Source: Isurus oxyrinchus (Eukaryota). From it: DNA of 64,000 nucleotides. Both the position numbers and the translations under genes were made by a program. The notes under the pieces are model-generated. The model searched no databases and was not told the origin of the DNA. It worked only from the letters and a program-made list of their open reading frames with translations. The stretch covers positions 23,808,001-23,872,000 of the forward strand of contig JANJGN010000010.1 in NCBI GenBank assembly GCA_026770705.1, in the 5' to 3' direction. Each line of letters begins with the position of its first letter. Position 1 is the stretch's first letter. This document shows, piece by piece, positions 1 through 10,529 of the stretch.

Positions 1-250
1 GAACCCAGTGAGCTCTGGAATATTTCGACCAATGCCTCGATTATCTCTGCAGCCACCTCCTTTAAAACCCTTGGATGTAGGCCATCAGGTCTTGGCGACT
101 TGTCTGCCTTTAGCCCCATTAGTTTGTCAAATACATCATCCCTTGTGATAGAGACTGTTACAAGATCTTTCCTCCCATTAGCTCTTTGCTTATCTGATAT
201 CTTTGGGATGTTTGTGGTGTCCTCCACTGTTGCAAAATACTGGTTTAATC
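1..250 (-). mobile_element. CR1 LINE ORF2 fragment
   Basis: Minus strand reads ...DKSPRPDGLHPRVLKEVAAEIIEAL..., a typical CR1 ORF2 segment upstream of the RT domain. Confidence 0.8.
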
Positions 251-258
251 TTTTGTTT

Positions 259-594
259 TTATTCATTCAAGGGGTGTGGGTGTTGCTGAGCAGGCCAGCA
301 TTTATTACCCATCCATAGTTGCCATAGTTCAGGGGACATTTAAGAGTCAACCACATTGCTGTGGGACTAGAGTCACATGTAGGCCAGACCAGGTAAGGAC
401 AGCAGGTTGCCATCCCTAAAGTGAACCAGATGAATTTTTACAACAATTGACAATGGTTCCATGGTCATCATTAGACATTTAATTTCAGACTTTTTACTGA
501 GTTCAAATTCCACCATCTGCCATAGCAGGATTTGAACCTAGGTTCCCAAAGGATTACTAGTTCAGCAACAATTCCACTACACCATTGCCTCCCC
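259..594 (-). mobile_element. tRNA-derived SINE (family with LINE-B 3' tail)
   Basis: Reverse complement aligns by eye to copies at 8571-8970 and 27628-28022: A/B-box-like head and tail GGGyAATAAATGCTGGCC...CCCACA. Confidence 0.8.
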
Positions 595-598
595 CAGG

Positions 599-763
599 GT
601 CTCGCTGTTTAACCTCTCTCTCCTGAAGTTTCACTGTTTTAACCTTTCTGTCCCAGAGTCTTGCTGCTTTAAGCTCTCGCTCACGAAGTCTTGTTGTTTT
701 ATCCTCTCTTTCCTGATATCTTGCTCTTTTAACCTCTCTCTCCTGAAGTTTCCTTGTTTTAAC
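599..763. repeat. ~30 bp minisatellite, ~5.5 degenerate copies
   Basis: Unit approximately GTCTTGCTGTTTTAACCTCTCTCTCCTGAA, repeated in tandem. Confidence 0.85.
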
Positions 764-1684
764 GACACAAAGATAGATAGGAAAGTATATGGTTAAGAGG
801 ATGTAAGGAGGCTACAAGGTGACATGGATATGTTAAATGAATTGGCAAAGATCTGGCAAATGGAGTATAATGTGGGTGAAGGTGAAATTGTTCATTTTGG
901 CAGGAAGAATAAAAAAGCACATTATCTAAATGGTAAGAGATTGCAGAGCTCTGAGATTCAGAGGAATTTGGGTGTCCTAGCTCATGAATCACAAAAGGTT
1001 AATATGCAGGTACAGCAGGTAATTAGGAAAGCTAATAGAATGTTATCATTTATTGTGAGGGGAATTGATTACAAAAGTAAGGAGGTTATGCTTCAGTTAT
1101 ACAGGGCATTGATGAGACCACATCTGGAGTATTGTGTTCAGTACTGGTCTCCTTATTCGAAGAAAGATGTAAATGCACTAGAAGCAGTTCAGAGAAGGTT
1201 TACTAGTCTAATACCAGGAATGGGTGGGTTGCCTTATGAGGAAAGGCTGGACAGGTTAGGCTTGTATCCACTGGAATTTAGAAGAGTAAGAGGTGACTTA
1301 ATTGAAACCTTTAAGGTCCTGAGGGGTCTTGACAGGGTGGATGTGGAGAGGATGTTTCCTCTTGTGGGAGAATCTAGAACTAGGGGTCACTGTTTAAAAT
1401 AAGGGGTCACTCATTTAAGACAAATGAGGAGAATTTTTTTCTGTCAAAGGTTTGTGAGTCTTTGGAACTCTCTTCCTCAAAAGGTGGTGGAAGCAGAGTC
1501 TTTGAATATTTTTAATGCAGAGCTGATGGATTATTAATTAACAAGGGGGTGAAAAGTTATCAGCGGGTAGGCAGGAGTGTGGGATTGAGGTTACATTCAG
1601 ATCAACCATGATCTTATTGAATGGCGGAGCAGGCTCGAGGGGCTGAGTGGCCTACTCCTTCTCCTAATTCGTATGTTCATATGT
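761..1684 (+). mobile_element. CR1 LINE 3' portion (RT C-terminus and 3' UTR)
   Basis: ORF 824-1402 has WQMEYN..., LQLYRALMRPHLEYCVQYWSP, LEAVQRRFT and RRVRGDLIE, followed by the CR1 tail GGCTCGAGGGGCTGAGTGGCCTACTCCT. Confidence 0.93.
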
Positions 1685-1925
1685 AGAATCAATTACAGCT
1701 GTGAGGAGGAATGATATATTAAATAAATCATCAAATGAAGCTATATGGATTGAGCTCAGAAATAAAAAGGGGCAGCCGCGCTGCTAGGATTGAGCTATAG
1801 ACCCCCAAATAGTGAGAGAGAAAAAGAAGAGCAAATATGTCAGCAAATTTCTGAGTGCAAAAGCAATTGGGCAATAATAGTTGGGGTCTTCGGCTACCCT
1901 AATATCAACTGGGATACAAACAGTA
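1685..1925 (+). mobile_element. CR1 endonuclease-domain fragment
   Basis: EAIWIELRNKKG...YRPPNS...IIVGVFGYPNINWD, a decayed APE GDFN motif. Confidence 0.8.
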
Positions 1926-1929
1926 TAAT

Positions 1930-2424
1930 TAGCATTTTTGCACAAAATAGGCCCTTGGGCCTATTGGGACCCTTAAGCGGACAATTAATAGGCTGGAAGG
2001 CTGGCGAGCCGTTGTACAAGCCCTTATCAGGCAAAGGCTGGGGGAGCTCCTTTGTAGGCACCCTGGGCCCATCAGAGACAGATCCCCAAAGGTTACCTTC
2101 CCCCGCCACATTTAATGCTCCACCATGACCTCTTGAATCTGGCCCGCTGCCTTCCTCACCTGCCTCGCCGAGACATCTGATCTTGTACTTACCTGGGCTC
2201 TTCGGCATAGTAGGACTACCTGTAGTGCCAGCAACTGCCAGTGTTCCCGCTGGATGGCTGACAGTTCTCCTAGGGTGGAATTCCTCCCAAGATTGCAACA
2301 GAAGCTGGGATCATGGGTGGGTTCCCCTGGCCCCAACTTTTTATTGGGGGGAGGGGCGGGGGGGGGGGGGGGGGGGGGGCGGGGTGGTGGTGGTGGGGAC
2401 TGCAGTGTCCCATAAAATCCAGCC
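1930..2424. mobile_element. GC-rich interspersed repeat, probably a non-autonomous DNA transposon fragment
   Basis: Abrupt GC-rich block with no credible ORF, ending in TAAAATCCAGCC (possible TIR). Family not identified. Confidence 0.35.
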
Positions 2425-2550
2425 TTACCTTTATTATCAGAAACCATTGCCTGAATAACAGGGAAAATAGAATTCAGACTGAAGAAATAATTGGTCTTTA
2501 TAGTCCAAATGGTTCCATTGAATCCATGATTAGAAGCCTATGTATTTTAC

Positions 2551-2850
2551 TAAACAAAATACTGCAGATGCTGGAAATCTGAAATCTGAACACAAAATGC
2601 TGGAAATACTCAGCAGGTCAGGCAGCATCTGTGGAGAGAGGAAAATAGAGCTCATGTTTCAGGTTGATGACCTCAGAAATGGAATAAGTTGGAGCTGTAA
2701 CAGGTTTTAAGAAGTACAGAGACAGGAAATGGTGGGGCGGGGGGGTGGGGGGGGGGAGGCGGGAAAGCCACAACAGAAGGGGAGGTCTGTTATCAGGCGA
2801 AGGGCACCCTGAAATGATAATTTTGTTTCTCTCTCCGCAGATGCTTCCTA
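2551..2850. mobile_element. Penelope-derived fold-back mini-element (degenerate)
   Basis: Terminal motif GATGCTGGAAATCTGAA...CTCAGCAGGTCAGGCAGCATCTGTGGAGAGAG, with an inverted copy TCTCTCTCCGCAGATGCT at ~2828-2846. Confidence 0.8.
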
Positions 2851-4285
2851 AATATATTGGCCTGTAGCTGTCTGTATAAGTTATCCATGATGAATACACC
2901 TCAAACTAAAATGCTTGTTTTTCTACTCTTTTTCCTTCTTGCCTTCTTCTCGTTTATTTTATGCTTTCCCATTTCCCTCTGTTCCCTTCTCCTCTGTCTG
3001 TTTCTTCAATAAAGGCATTTGTAAATGTAAAATAAATGAAAACACACATTTATTATTACTGAAATCTGAAAAGTCACAAAGGAGAAGAGAGTATCACAAA
3101 GGCGGACTTTGTTATTCCAAGTTGGAACTGTGAAATAAGAATCATGTAAGCATTCTGGACATTGGATGTGGAGACTGAGTAATGCAATCTGACTTCTTGT
3201 ATTATATGTAGGCATGAGATTTTTGCTTCTTCAGCTTCAGCACAGTTGCTTCCTCATGAGTTACACCAGCACGACCACAAGCCTCTCTACAGAGGAACTG
3301 ATGCAGAGGCAACGTCGTTCGTCTTTTTAACAAAACACAATGGCTTGCAGTATTTGACGATTAAACAAGTTGAGTCACTGTCTGAAAAGTTCTCGTCTTG
3401 CTGCTTATTTAAGAAGCACAATGTTATGTTGCAGTGTGGGTTGTGGACAATAGAAAGAGCCAAAGAAGCTGACTGGTGTTGAACAAAAGATAATCTCAAA
3501 CCAAACATTATTATGGCACCTTGTCATATGCAGGTGATGTGATTTTACCTGCAGAGTATCTTAATCTAACAAAGATCTGAAATGTGTTGACAATGTAATC
3601 TACATCACATCTTTGAAGTCACTCAAAACAGGATTTCCAGGTTAAAAGCATCTGTCCCATGGCAGCACCCCCCTGCCACCACCACTACATCCACCCTTAT
3701 AAATTAGATGAATCTTAAAGAAAACAGGATGCAACTATTGGACATGAAGGAATGATCAAATTTGTGTTTCCACATAGTTCTGCAGCTGCTACCTCCCTTC
3801 CGTGGACTCTTCTTCAGGAAGATCTGACAGTCATCACAGATAATAACTCCCTTTTACATTTGATATACTATGGATTACTTGCATCAATTAGAAAGACCAT
3901 CAATTACAGACATAAAATATAGACTGTTATATCTTCCATGCTAATGGTGATGCCAAACTATGGTAATAGTTTCAGATAACCAGCTAAGAATTAATAAAAA
4001 GAAGTAATATTTGTACTTAATTAGTGCCTCATTATTATGCTAAATGATTTGTTTCTCAAAGTGCTGCACACAATGATTAACACTTGAAATACAGAAACTG
4101 TTACAGAGGCAAACACTGTAGTCATTCCTCTACCAGCAACATCTGAGAAACAGTAAAGAAGTGAATGATGGATTAATTTATCTTTCTTCAGTGGTCTAGG
4201 TGATTATGACACCAGGAGAATTCCCTACTTTTCTTCCTCTAATGTCACTCGGATCTTTAATATCCACCTGATAAAACATTTGGGA

Positions 4286-4404
4286 CAAAAACAGGAAATG
4301 CTGGAATAACTCAGCAGGTCTAGCAGCCTCTGCAGAGAGAGAAACAGAGTTAACGTTTCGAGTCTGTATGACCCTTCTTCAGAACATATCAGAACATGTT
4401 CTTC
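4286..4404 (-). mobile_element. Penelope-derived mini-element with 13 bp TSD
   Basis: Penelope terminal sequence flanked by a perfect AAAACATTTGGGA at 4273-4285 and 4405-4417. Confidence 0.9.
4349..4385 (-). ncRNA. Minimal type I hammerhead ribozyme motif, canonical core
   Basis: Minus strand GUU-CUGAAGA-A-GGGUC(AUACA)GACUC-GAAA-CG-UU-AAC: core boxes, 5 bp stem II, palindromic ACGU stem III and 3 bp stem I. Confidence 0.75.
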
Positions 4405-4504
4405 AAAACATTTGGGATCTTTGTTCAACATCGGATCCAAAGAAGAGTATAAAAAACAAGGTAAAACTAACTGCATTAGAATGGTACCACTGAATAAAAT
4501 GATG

Positions 4505-4650
4505 CAACAATGACTTGTATTTATATGGCATCTTTAACATAGTAAAAGAAGCGTTATTTTTAAAAAACTGACATTGAGCCACATAAAGAGATATTAGGAC
4601 AGGTGACCAAAAACTTGGCCAAAGGGTAGGTTTGATGGAGTCTCTTAAAA
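4505..4650 (-). mobile_element. L2 LINE 3' tail
   Basis: ACTTGTATTTATATGGCATCTTTAAC...GGTGACCAAAAACTTGG, the same tail seen at ~48400 and ~57200. Confidence 0.65.
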
Positions 4651-5789
4651 CAATGTTGTCCAAGAGTATTTTGATGCTTGCCAAACTTATGGTGATCAGG
4701 TCATCATATTTGAAACATGATATAAAATATATGGACTATGAGTAAAATAAATGAATATAAGTTTGAGGTTTTAAACCATCAGTGATCGAGACCGATACAT
4801 TCACTACCAGAGTCAGGTAGCTTCAAAATGTTTTACAATCCAATTGTTCCGCAAAGCAAGCCTAATGCATACTCTCAGAGGATGGTAACAATCTGTTAAC
4901 TGAAGTGTTCTGTTTCTGATAGTGTGCTCAAGTTCATTTAAAACAAACAAATTTCCCCAAGAGTAAGCTGTCTCTATTTTGTCAGAAGTAATATATTAGG
5001 AGATTTGGGGAGGGAAAAAAAACAACAAATCTCCATGTATTGGTTTCTGTGCTCCAATTCTTACCTTGCTTATGTTCTGTCACCTGCCTTTTCTAAACAC
5101 AGTGTTTGGACATTTAATAATTCTTTGACTCATGGACAACCTCCTGTAATAAAAAGACAAAAAAGATTTGCATTTATATCTCCTTTTTCACAACCAATGA
5201 ATGTCACAGCATTCAGAGAGTTTAGACATTTCAAAGTTGTGTTTCTTTTCACCAATACTACAGTACTACATATTTAAACTCAAAGAAAGGAGTTAAAATA
5301 GAAGTTTGCCCAGGGTGCATTTCCCTAAGGCTGCTCATGGTTGTATTGATGTATTATCTAGAGTACCCATGCACCTCCATGGAAGAAAGCAGCCATGCAG
5401 AAATGCAACGTTAGACTGCCAAAAATAGAACAACTGGCTAATGGTGTACATTTTCCCACAACGGTGACCTTTGCCTGCTGCAGTACATACATGATATATC
5501 GTTTCTGTTGGTCAGGTTAATACTTGTAACAAAAAAAGTTAATGTGAATACATCATCATATCTCCTTATACTATAGATGTATATTTCCATGTAGCCAAGG
5601 AAATATAGAGGAGCAAGAAGGAACACCAGATTTGAGATACCATTTCAGGCAGACTTGAGAATGTTGAAGATGTTACCAGGTACTCAGTTAGGGAAGGGAT
5701 GGAATTTCCCTTTCCACTTTTCATTAAACATACATTGTGCCTTCATTCTGCTGGAAAGACTTTTTGTAATACTTGTTATTTCAACAGTT

Positions 5790-6430
5790 AGGAACATAGG
5801 AACAGGAGTAGGCCATTTGGCCTGTTGAGCCTGCTCCACCATTCAACTAGATCATGGCTGGTCTACTACCGCAACACCATTTTCCTGCGGTATCCCCATA
5901 TTCCTTGATGCAGCTACCATCTAAAAATCTATCGATCTCTGCCTTGAACATACTCAATGACTGAGCCTCCACAGCCCTCTGGGGTAGAGAATTCCAAAGA
6001 TTTACCATCCTCTGAATGAAGAAATTCCTCTTCATCTTAGTCTTACATGGCTTACCTCTTATTCTTATTCTGAGACTGTGTCCCCTGGTTCTACGCACCC
6101 TGCCACCACAGCAACCAGGAGAATCTTCCTGCACCTACCCTGTGGAACCCTGTAAGAATTTTATATGTTTCAATTATATCACCGCTCGTTCTTTTAAAAT
6201 CTAGAGAATACAGGCCCAGTCTCCTCAATCTCTCCTCATTGGACAACCCACCATCCCAGGGATCAGTTTGGTGAATCTTTGTTACACTCCCTCTATGGCA
6301 AGTATATACTTCCTTAAGTAAGGAGACCAAAATTGTACGTAATGCTCCAGATATTGTCTCACCAAGGCTCGATACAATTGCAGCAAGACAACTTTACTCC
6401 TGTACTCAAATCCTCTTGCAATAAAGGTCA
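5790..6430 (-). mobile_element. CR1 LINE 3' portion
   Basis: Minus-strand ORFs read EERLRRLGLYSL...GDIIETYKIL and RTRGHSL...RMVNLWNSLPQRAVEA; CR1 tail at 5790-5850. Confidence 0.92.
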
Positions 6431-6439
6431 ATTATATGG

Positions 6440-7975
6440 CAGTTAATGGCTAATGGAGTAAAGCCCACACAAAATCTGGAGTGGAGTCCCATTAGCAGAT
6501 TGGTGTTTCCTGCAAGTTAGGACCTTCTGGCAACTCCTGCAACTGGCCAGGCCCCCGATGTATAGTCTTTAGTCTTCCCTCTGGATGCCAGTCTACGAGG
6601 TCAAGAGGGTGGTACAGATTCTAGGCAAGTTGGCACCTTCCAAAACTGTGACTAGGTTGCATAGCAAAAAAAGAAAGGTAATCATTTGGCTTGGAAGCTG
6701 GAATCTGAGGACTATGTGCCCTGGCATTAACAACAGCTCACATTCCACAGCAAATGGACTCAAGATAGCCCTGATTGACCCAGAGCTACTCAAGCTTGTG
6801 TCGACCTTGCCTCTCCACTACAAATCAGATTAGCCGACACAGTCTCTATTTGTGAAGATAATTGCACCTTCTACTGACATGGAAAAGGCACTGAAGACCA
6901 CTGTGAGCATGGCGTAAGCTTTGCAGTAAGCAACTGGTTGATACAGTCAATTGAGTCACTAGTAGCAACCTCAGAGTGCCTCATCTTTCTGTGACTGTCA
7001 TCTGATGGAGGTGCAGTCAATATCATATGTGCCTGTGCACCAACTTTGTATGCCAGCATTTCAGTTAAGGTGCATTTCTATGACTCCTAGGTAATGTTCT
7101 GAGAAGCATTTCAAACGGCGAGAGGCTATCCATTCTGGGTGACTTCAATGTACATATTGGGGTGGCAAGCGATTCACGGCCAATATGACTTGGTGGCAAG
7201 ATAAATTATAATGGACAACACCTTCTTGAGTTTTATGCCCTGAATGAGCTCTGTGTCAATGGCACCTTTTTTTCAGGGCAGACATCACCACAAGGTTCAC
7301 AGCATCACCCAGAGCCTGGACATTGACATCAACTAGGCATGGTCATAATGAGAAGGCGCGATCTGCCCAGTATTCTACACACCCGCAATGCTCTACCACA
7401 GTGCAGATGCGGCACAGGCCATTGTCTTGTCAGAAGAACAGTGAAGGTGCACCCCTGAAAGTTTCACAGTTCCAAACACGATGGCCTGCCACACATCAAC
7501 ATCCCCTGCACAAGTAATGGTGTCAAATAGCAACACTTTGCACTGTTGCTAGAATGACTACTACCCACTAAAGGTTTACCAGGAAGTGCCACAGCTGGTA
7601 TCAGTGAAGTGTGGAAGTCATGAAGCTCAATCATTGATGAAGCAGCATTATTTGGACATGTGCAGCTGAGATGACGTCAGTCATTGATGCAAAAAACAAA
7701 GCCTTACCTGATGGAGAACATAAACCCAACACCTAAAACACAGCATGACCTAAAAGGAGCCAGGACAACTGTGCAAAAGACAAAATATACTGTTCAAATA
7801 AACACTGGATCAACTTATGACAGAAAATCCAAACTGCCTGTGACAATAGAAATCTATGAACAGTGTATGAAAGGATCAAGGGGACACTTGGTCCTACCAC
7901 ACCAAATTTGTACCCCTGAAGTCAGCAGATGGTGACGTACTCACCGACATAAGTAAACCATTGGGCTGAACACTG
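6440..7975 (+). mobile_element. Decayed RTE-clade LINE (endonuclease region)
   Basis: GSWNLRTM..., HGVSFAV, ICACAPTL and ILGDFNVHIG in broken frames, resembling an RTE/BovB APE domain. Confidence 0.7.
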
Positions 7976-8179
7976 ACCCCTGGGGAACTCCACTGCAAAC
8001 CTCCGCAAGTCTAAAAAACATCCATTAAAAACTGTTTCCTGTCATTCAGCCAATTTCGTATCCATGTTACTACTGTCCCTTTCATTCCATAAACTGTAAC
8101 TTTGTTTACAAACCTTTTGTGCGGCACTGTATCATGTGCCTTTGGAAGTCTATGTACACCACATCAACAGCACTACCTT

Positions 8180-8347
8180 AATATAAAAGCAAAATATTGT
8201 GGATGCTGGAAATCTGAAACAAAAACAGAAAATGCTGAAATAACTCAGCAGGTCTAACAGCATCTGTGGAGAGAAAGACAGTTAACGCTTTGAGTCCATA
8301 TGACTCTTCTTCAGCTCTGAAGAAGAGCCATACGGACTTGAAACATG
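8180..8347. mobile_element. Penelope-derived fold-back mini-element with ~14 bp TSD
   Basis: TSD AACAGCACTACCTT (8166-8179) / AACAGCATTACCTT (8348-8361). Back-to-back degenerate hammerhead motifs are centred at ~8315. Confidence 0.88.
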
Positions 8348-8570
8348 AACAGCATTACCTTCATCAGCCCTCTCTGTTACCTCCTCAAAAAACTCCAGCA
8401 AGTTAGTCAAACAGGATTTCCCTTAACAAATCCATGCTGGCTTTCCTTAATTAACCTGCATTTATCCATGTGATTAATAATTTTGTCCCAAATTATTTTT
8501 CTAGAAGTTTCCCCACCACCAAAGTTAAACTGACTGGCCTATAGTTGCTGGGCTTATCTATTTTTGAACA

Positions 8571-8970
8571 AGGGGGAGATGGTGACATAGTGGTAATGTC
8601 ATTGGCACTAGTGATGCAGAGGCCCAGGCTAATGCTCTGGGGACTTAGCTTCAAATCCTGCCATGGAAGCTGGTGGAATTTAAATTCAATTAATAATTTT
8701 TTAAAATCTGGATTTGAAAGCTAATTATGGTGACCATGAATCTATCACTGATTTTCATAAAAATCCATCTGGTTCACTAAATTTAGCAAAGGAAATCTGC
8801 TGTCCTTACCCGGTCTTGCCTACATGTGACTCCAGACCGACAGTAGCGTTGTTGACTTTTAACTGCACTCTGAAATAGCCTTGCAAGTCATTCATTTCAA
8901 GGGTAAATAGGGATGGGCAACAAATGTTGGCCTTGCCAGTGATGCCCACATCCATGAAAGAATTTTTTAA
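8571..8970 (+). mobile_element. tRNA-derived SINE (family with LINE-B 3' tail)
   Basis: Head TGGTGACATAGTGG...TTCAAATCC; tail GGGATGGGCAACAAATGTTGGCCTTGCCAGTGATGCCCACATCC. Confidence 0.85.
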
Positions 8971-9099
8971 AAATTCTCTAGTTCTCTGGTATCATCCGTA
9001 AGTCGAAGGAAGACTGGAAAATAACGGCCAGTGCCTCTGCAATTTCCACTCTCACTTCTCTCAGTATCTTTGGATGCATCTCATCTGCTTCTCCTTTCT

Positions 9100-10245
9100 T
9101 TTATTCATTCACAGGTTGTGGGCTTTGCTGACTGGGCCAGCATTTATTGCCCACTCCAAGTTTCCCTTGAGAAGGTGGTGGTGAGCTGCCTTCTTGAGCT
9201 GTTGCACTCTATGTGGAGTAGGTACACCCACAGTGCTTTTAGGAAGGAAGTTCCAGGATTTTGACGCAGCGACAGTGAAGGGACGGCGATATATTTCCAA
9301 GTCAGGATGGTGAGTGACTTGGAGGGGAACTTCCAGGTGGTGGTGTTTCCATCTATCTGCTGCCCTTGTCCTTGTAGATGGTAATGGTTGTGGGTTTGGA
9401 AGGTGCTGTCGAAGGAGCATTGATGAATTCCTGCAGTGCATCTTGTAGTTAGTACATACTACTGCCACTTTGCATCGGTGGTGGAGGGGGTGAATGTTTA
9501 TGGATGTGGTGCCAATCAAACAGGCTGCTTTGTCCAGGATGGTGTCAAGTTTCTTGAGTGTTGTGGGAGCTGCACTCACCCAGGCAAGTGGGGAGTATTC
9601 CATCATACTCCTGACTTGTGCCCTTGTAGATTGTGGACAGGCTTTGGGGAGTCAGGAGGTGAGTTACTCGTCTGGTCAATGGTAACCCCCAGGATGTGGA
9701 AAGTGGGGATTTAGTGATGGTAATGCCTTTCAACATCAAGGGGCGATGGAGATGGTCATTGCCTGGCACTTGTGTTGCTCAAATGTTACTTGCCACTTGT
9801 CAGCACAAGCCTGGATATTGTCCAGGTCTTACTGCATTTGGACATGGGACAGCTTCAGTATTGGAAGAGTTGCGAATGGTGCTGAACATTGTGCAATCAT
9901 CAGCGAACATCCCCAATTCTGACCTTATGATGGAAGGAAAGTTATTGCTGAAACAGTTGAAGATGGTTGGGCTGAGGACACTACCCTGAGGAACTCCTGC
10001 AGTGATGTCCTGCAGCTGAGATGACCGACCTCCAATAACCACAACCATCTTCCTTTGTGCAAGGTATGACTCCAACCAGTTTTCTCCGATTCCCATTGAC
10101 TCCAGTTTTGCTGGGTCTCCTTGATGCCACACTCGGTCAAATGCGGCCTTGATGTCAAGGGCAGTCACTCTCACCTCGAGTTCAGCTCTTTTGTCCATGT
10201 TTGAACCAAGGCTGTAATGTGTCAGGAGCTGGGTGGCCCAGGTAG
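9100..10245 (-). mobile_element. Second non-LTR family ('LINE-B', CR1/L2 group), RT and 3' end
   Basis: ALDIKAAFDRVWH, GVPQGSVLSPTIF, MFADD and MEYSPLAW...LDTILDKAA across frameshifted ORFs. Confidence 0.9.
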
Positions 10246-10271
10246 AACCCAAATTCCTGGTGCCTTACCAA

Positions 10272-10392
10272 CTAAAATGTTAACTCTCTTTCTCTTGATG
10301 TCTCTGCAGATGCTGCCTGACCTGCTGTGCACCTACCAGCGATTTTCTATTTCTATTTCAAATTCCCATCGAGCGTCCTTAGCATTTTGCTA
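10272..10392 (+). mobile_element. Penelope terminal-repeat fragment (degenerate)
   Basis: GCAGATGCTGCCTGACCTGCTG...CCAGC...TTCAAATTCC, the reverse orientation of the motif at 2551. Confidence 0.65.
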
Positions 10393-10529
10393 CAGCTTGG
10401 GGGTAAAGTCGGCTCGGAAAAAAACAAAAAGTTAGGAAATGACTGGTACTGGTCCGAGCTGTAGTTCCACATTGAGATATACAAAACCATTTCCGACCAA
10501 TCCCGGTTATTTACCAAGTTTACAGTTTC

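Larger units (their letters stand above)
4000..4445 (-). mobile_element. Decayed SacSINE1-like DeuSINE, interrupted by a Penelope mini-element
   Basis: Resembles the SacSINE1/Deu-domain sequence as recalled (GACACCAGGAGAATTCCCT..., GATCTTTAATATCCACCTGA). Confidence 0.55.
7976..9085 (-). mobile_element. CR1 ORF2 fragment interrupted by a Penelope mini-element and a SINE
   Basis: Minus strand has NYRPVSLT, QHGFVKGKSCLTNLLEFFEEVT and VDVVYIDFQ RT motifs. Confidence 0.85.

Noticed and set aside
3230-3482. Possible exon of an upstream neighbouring gene
   Set aside because: An acceptor-like site and short open frames are present, but no recognisable protein similarity in any frame.
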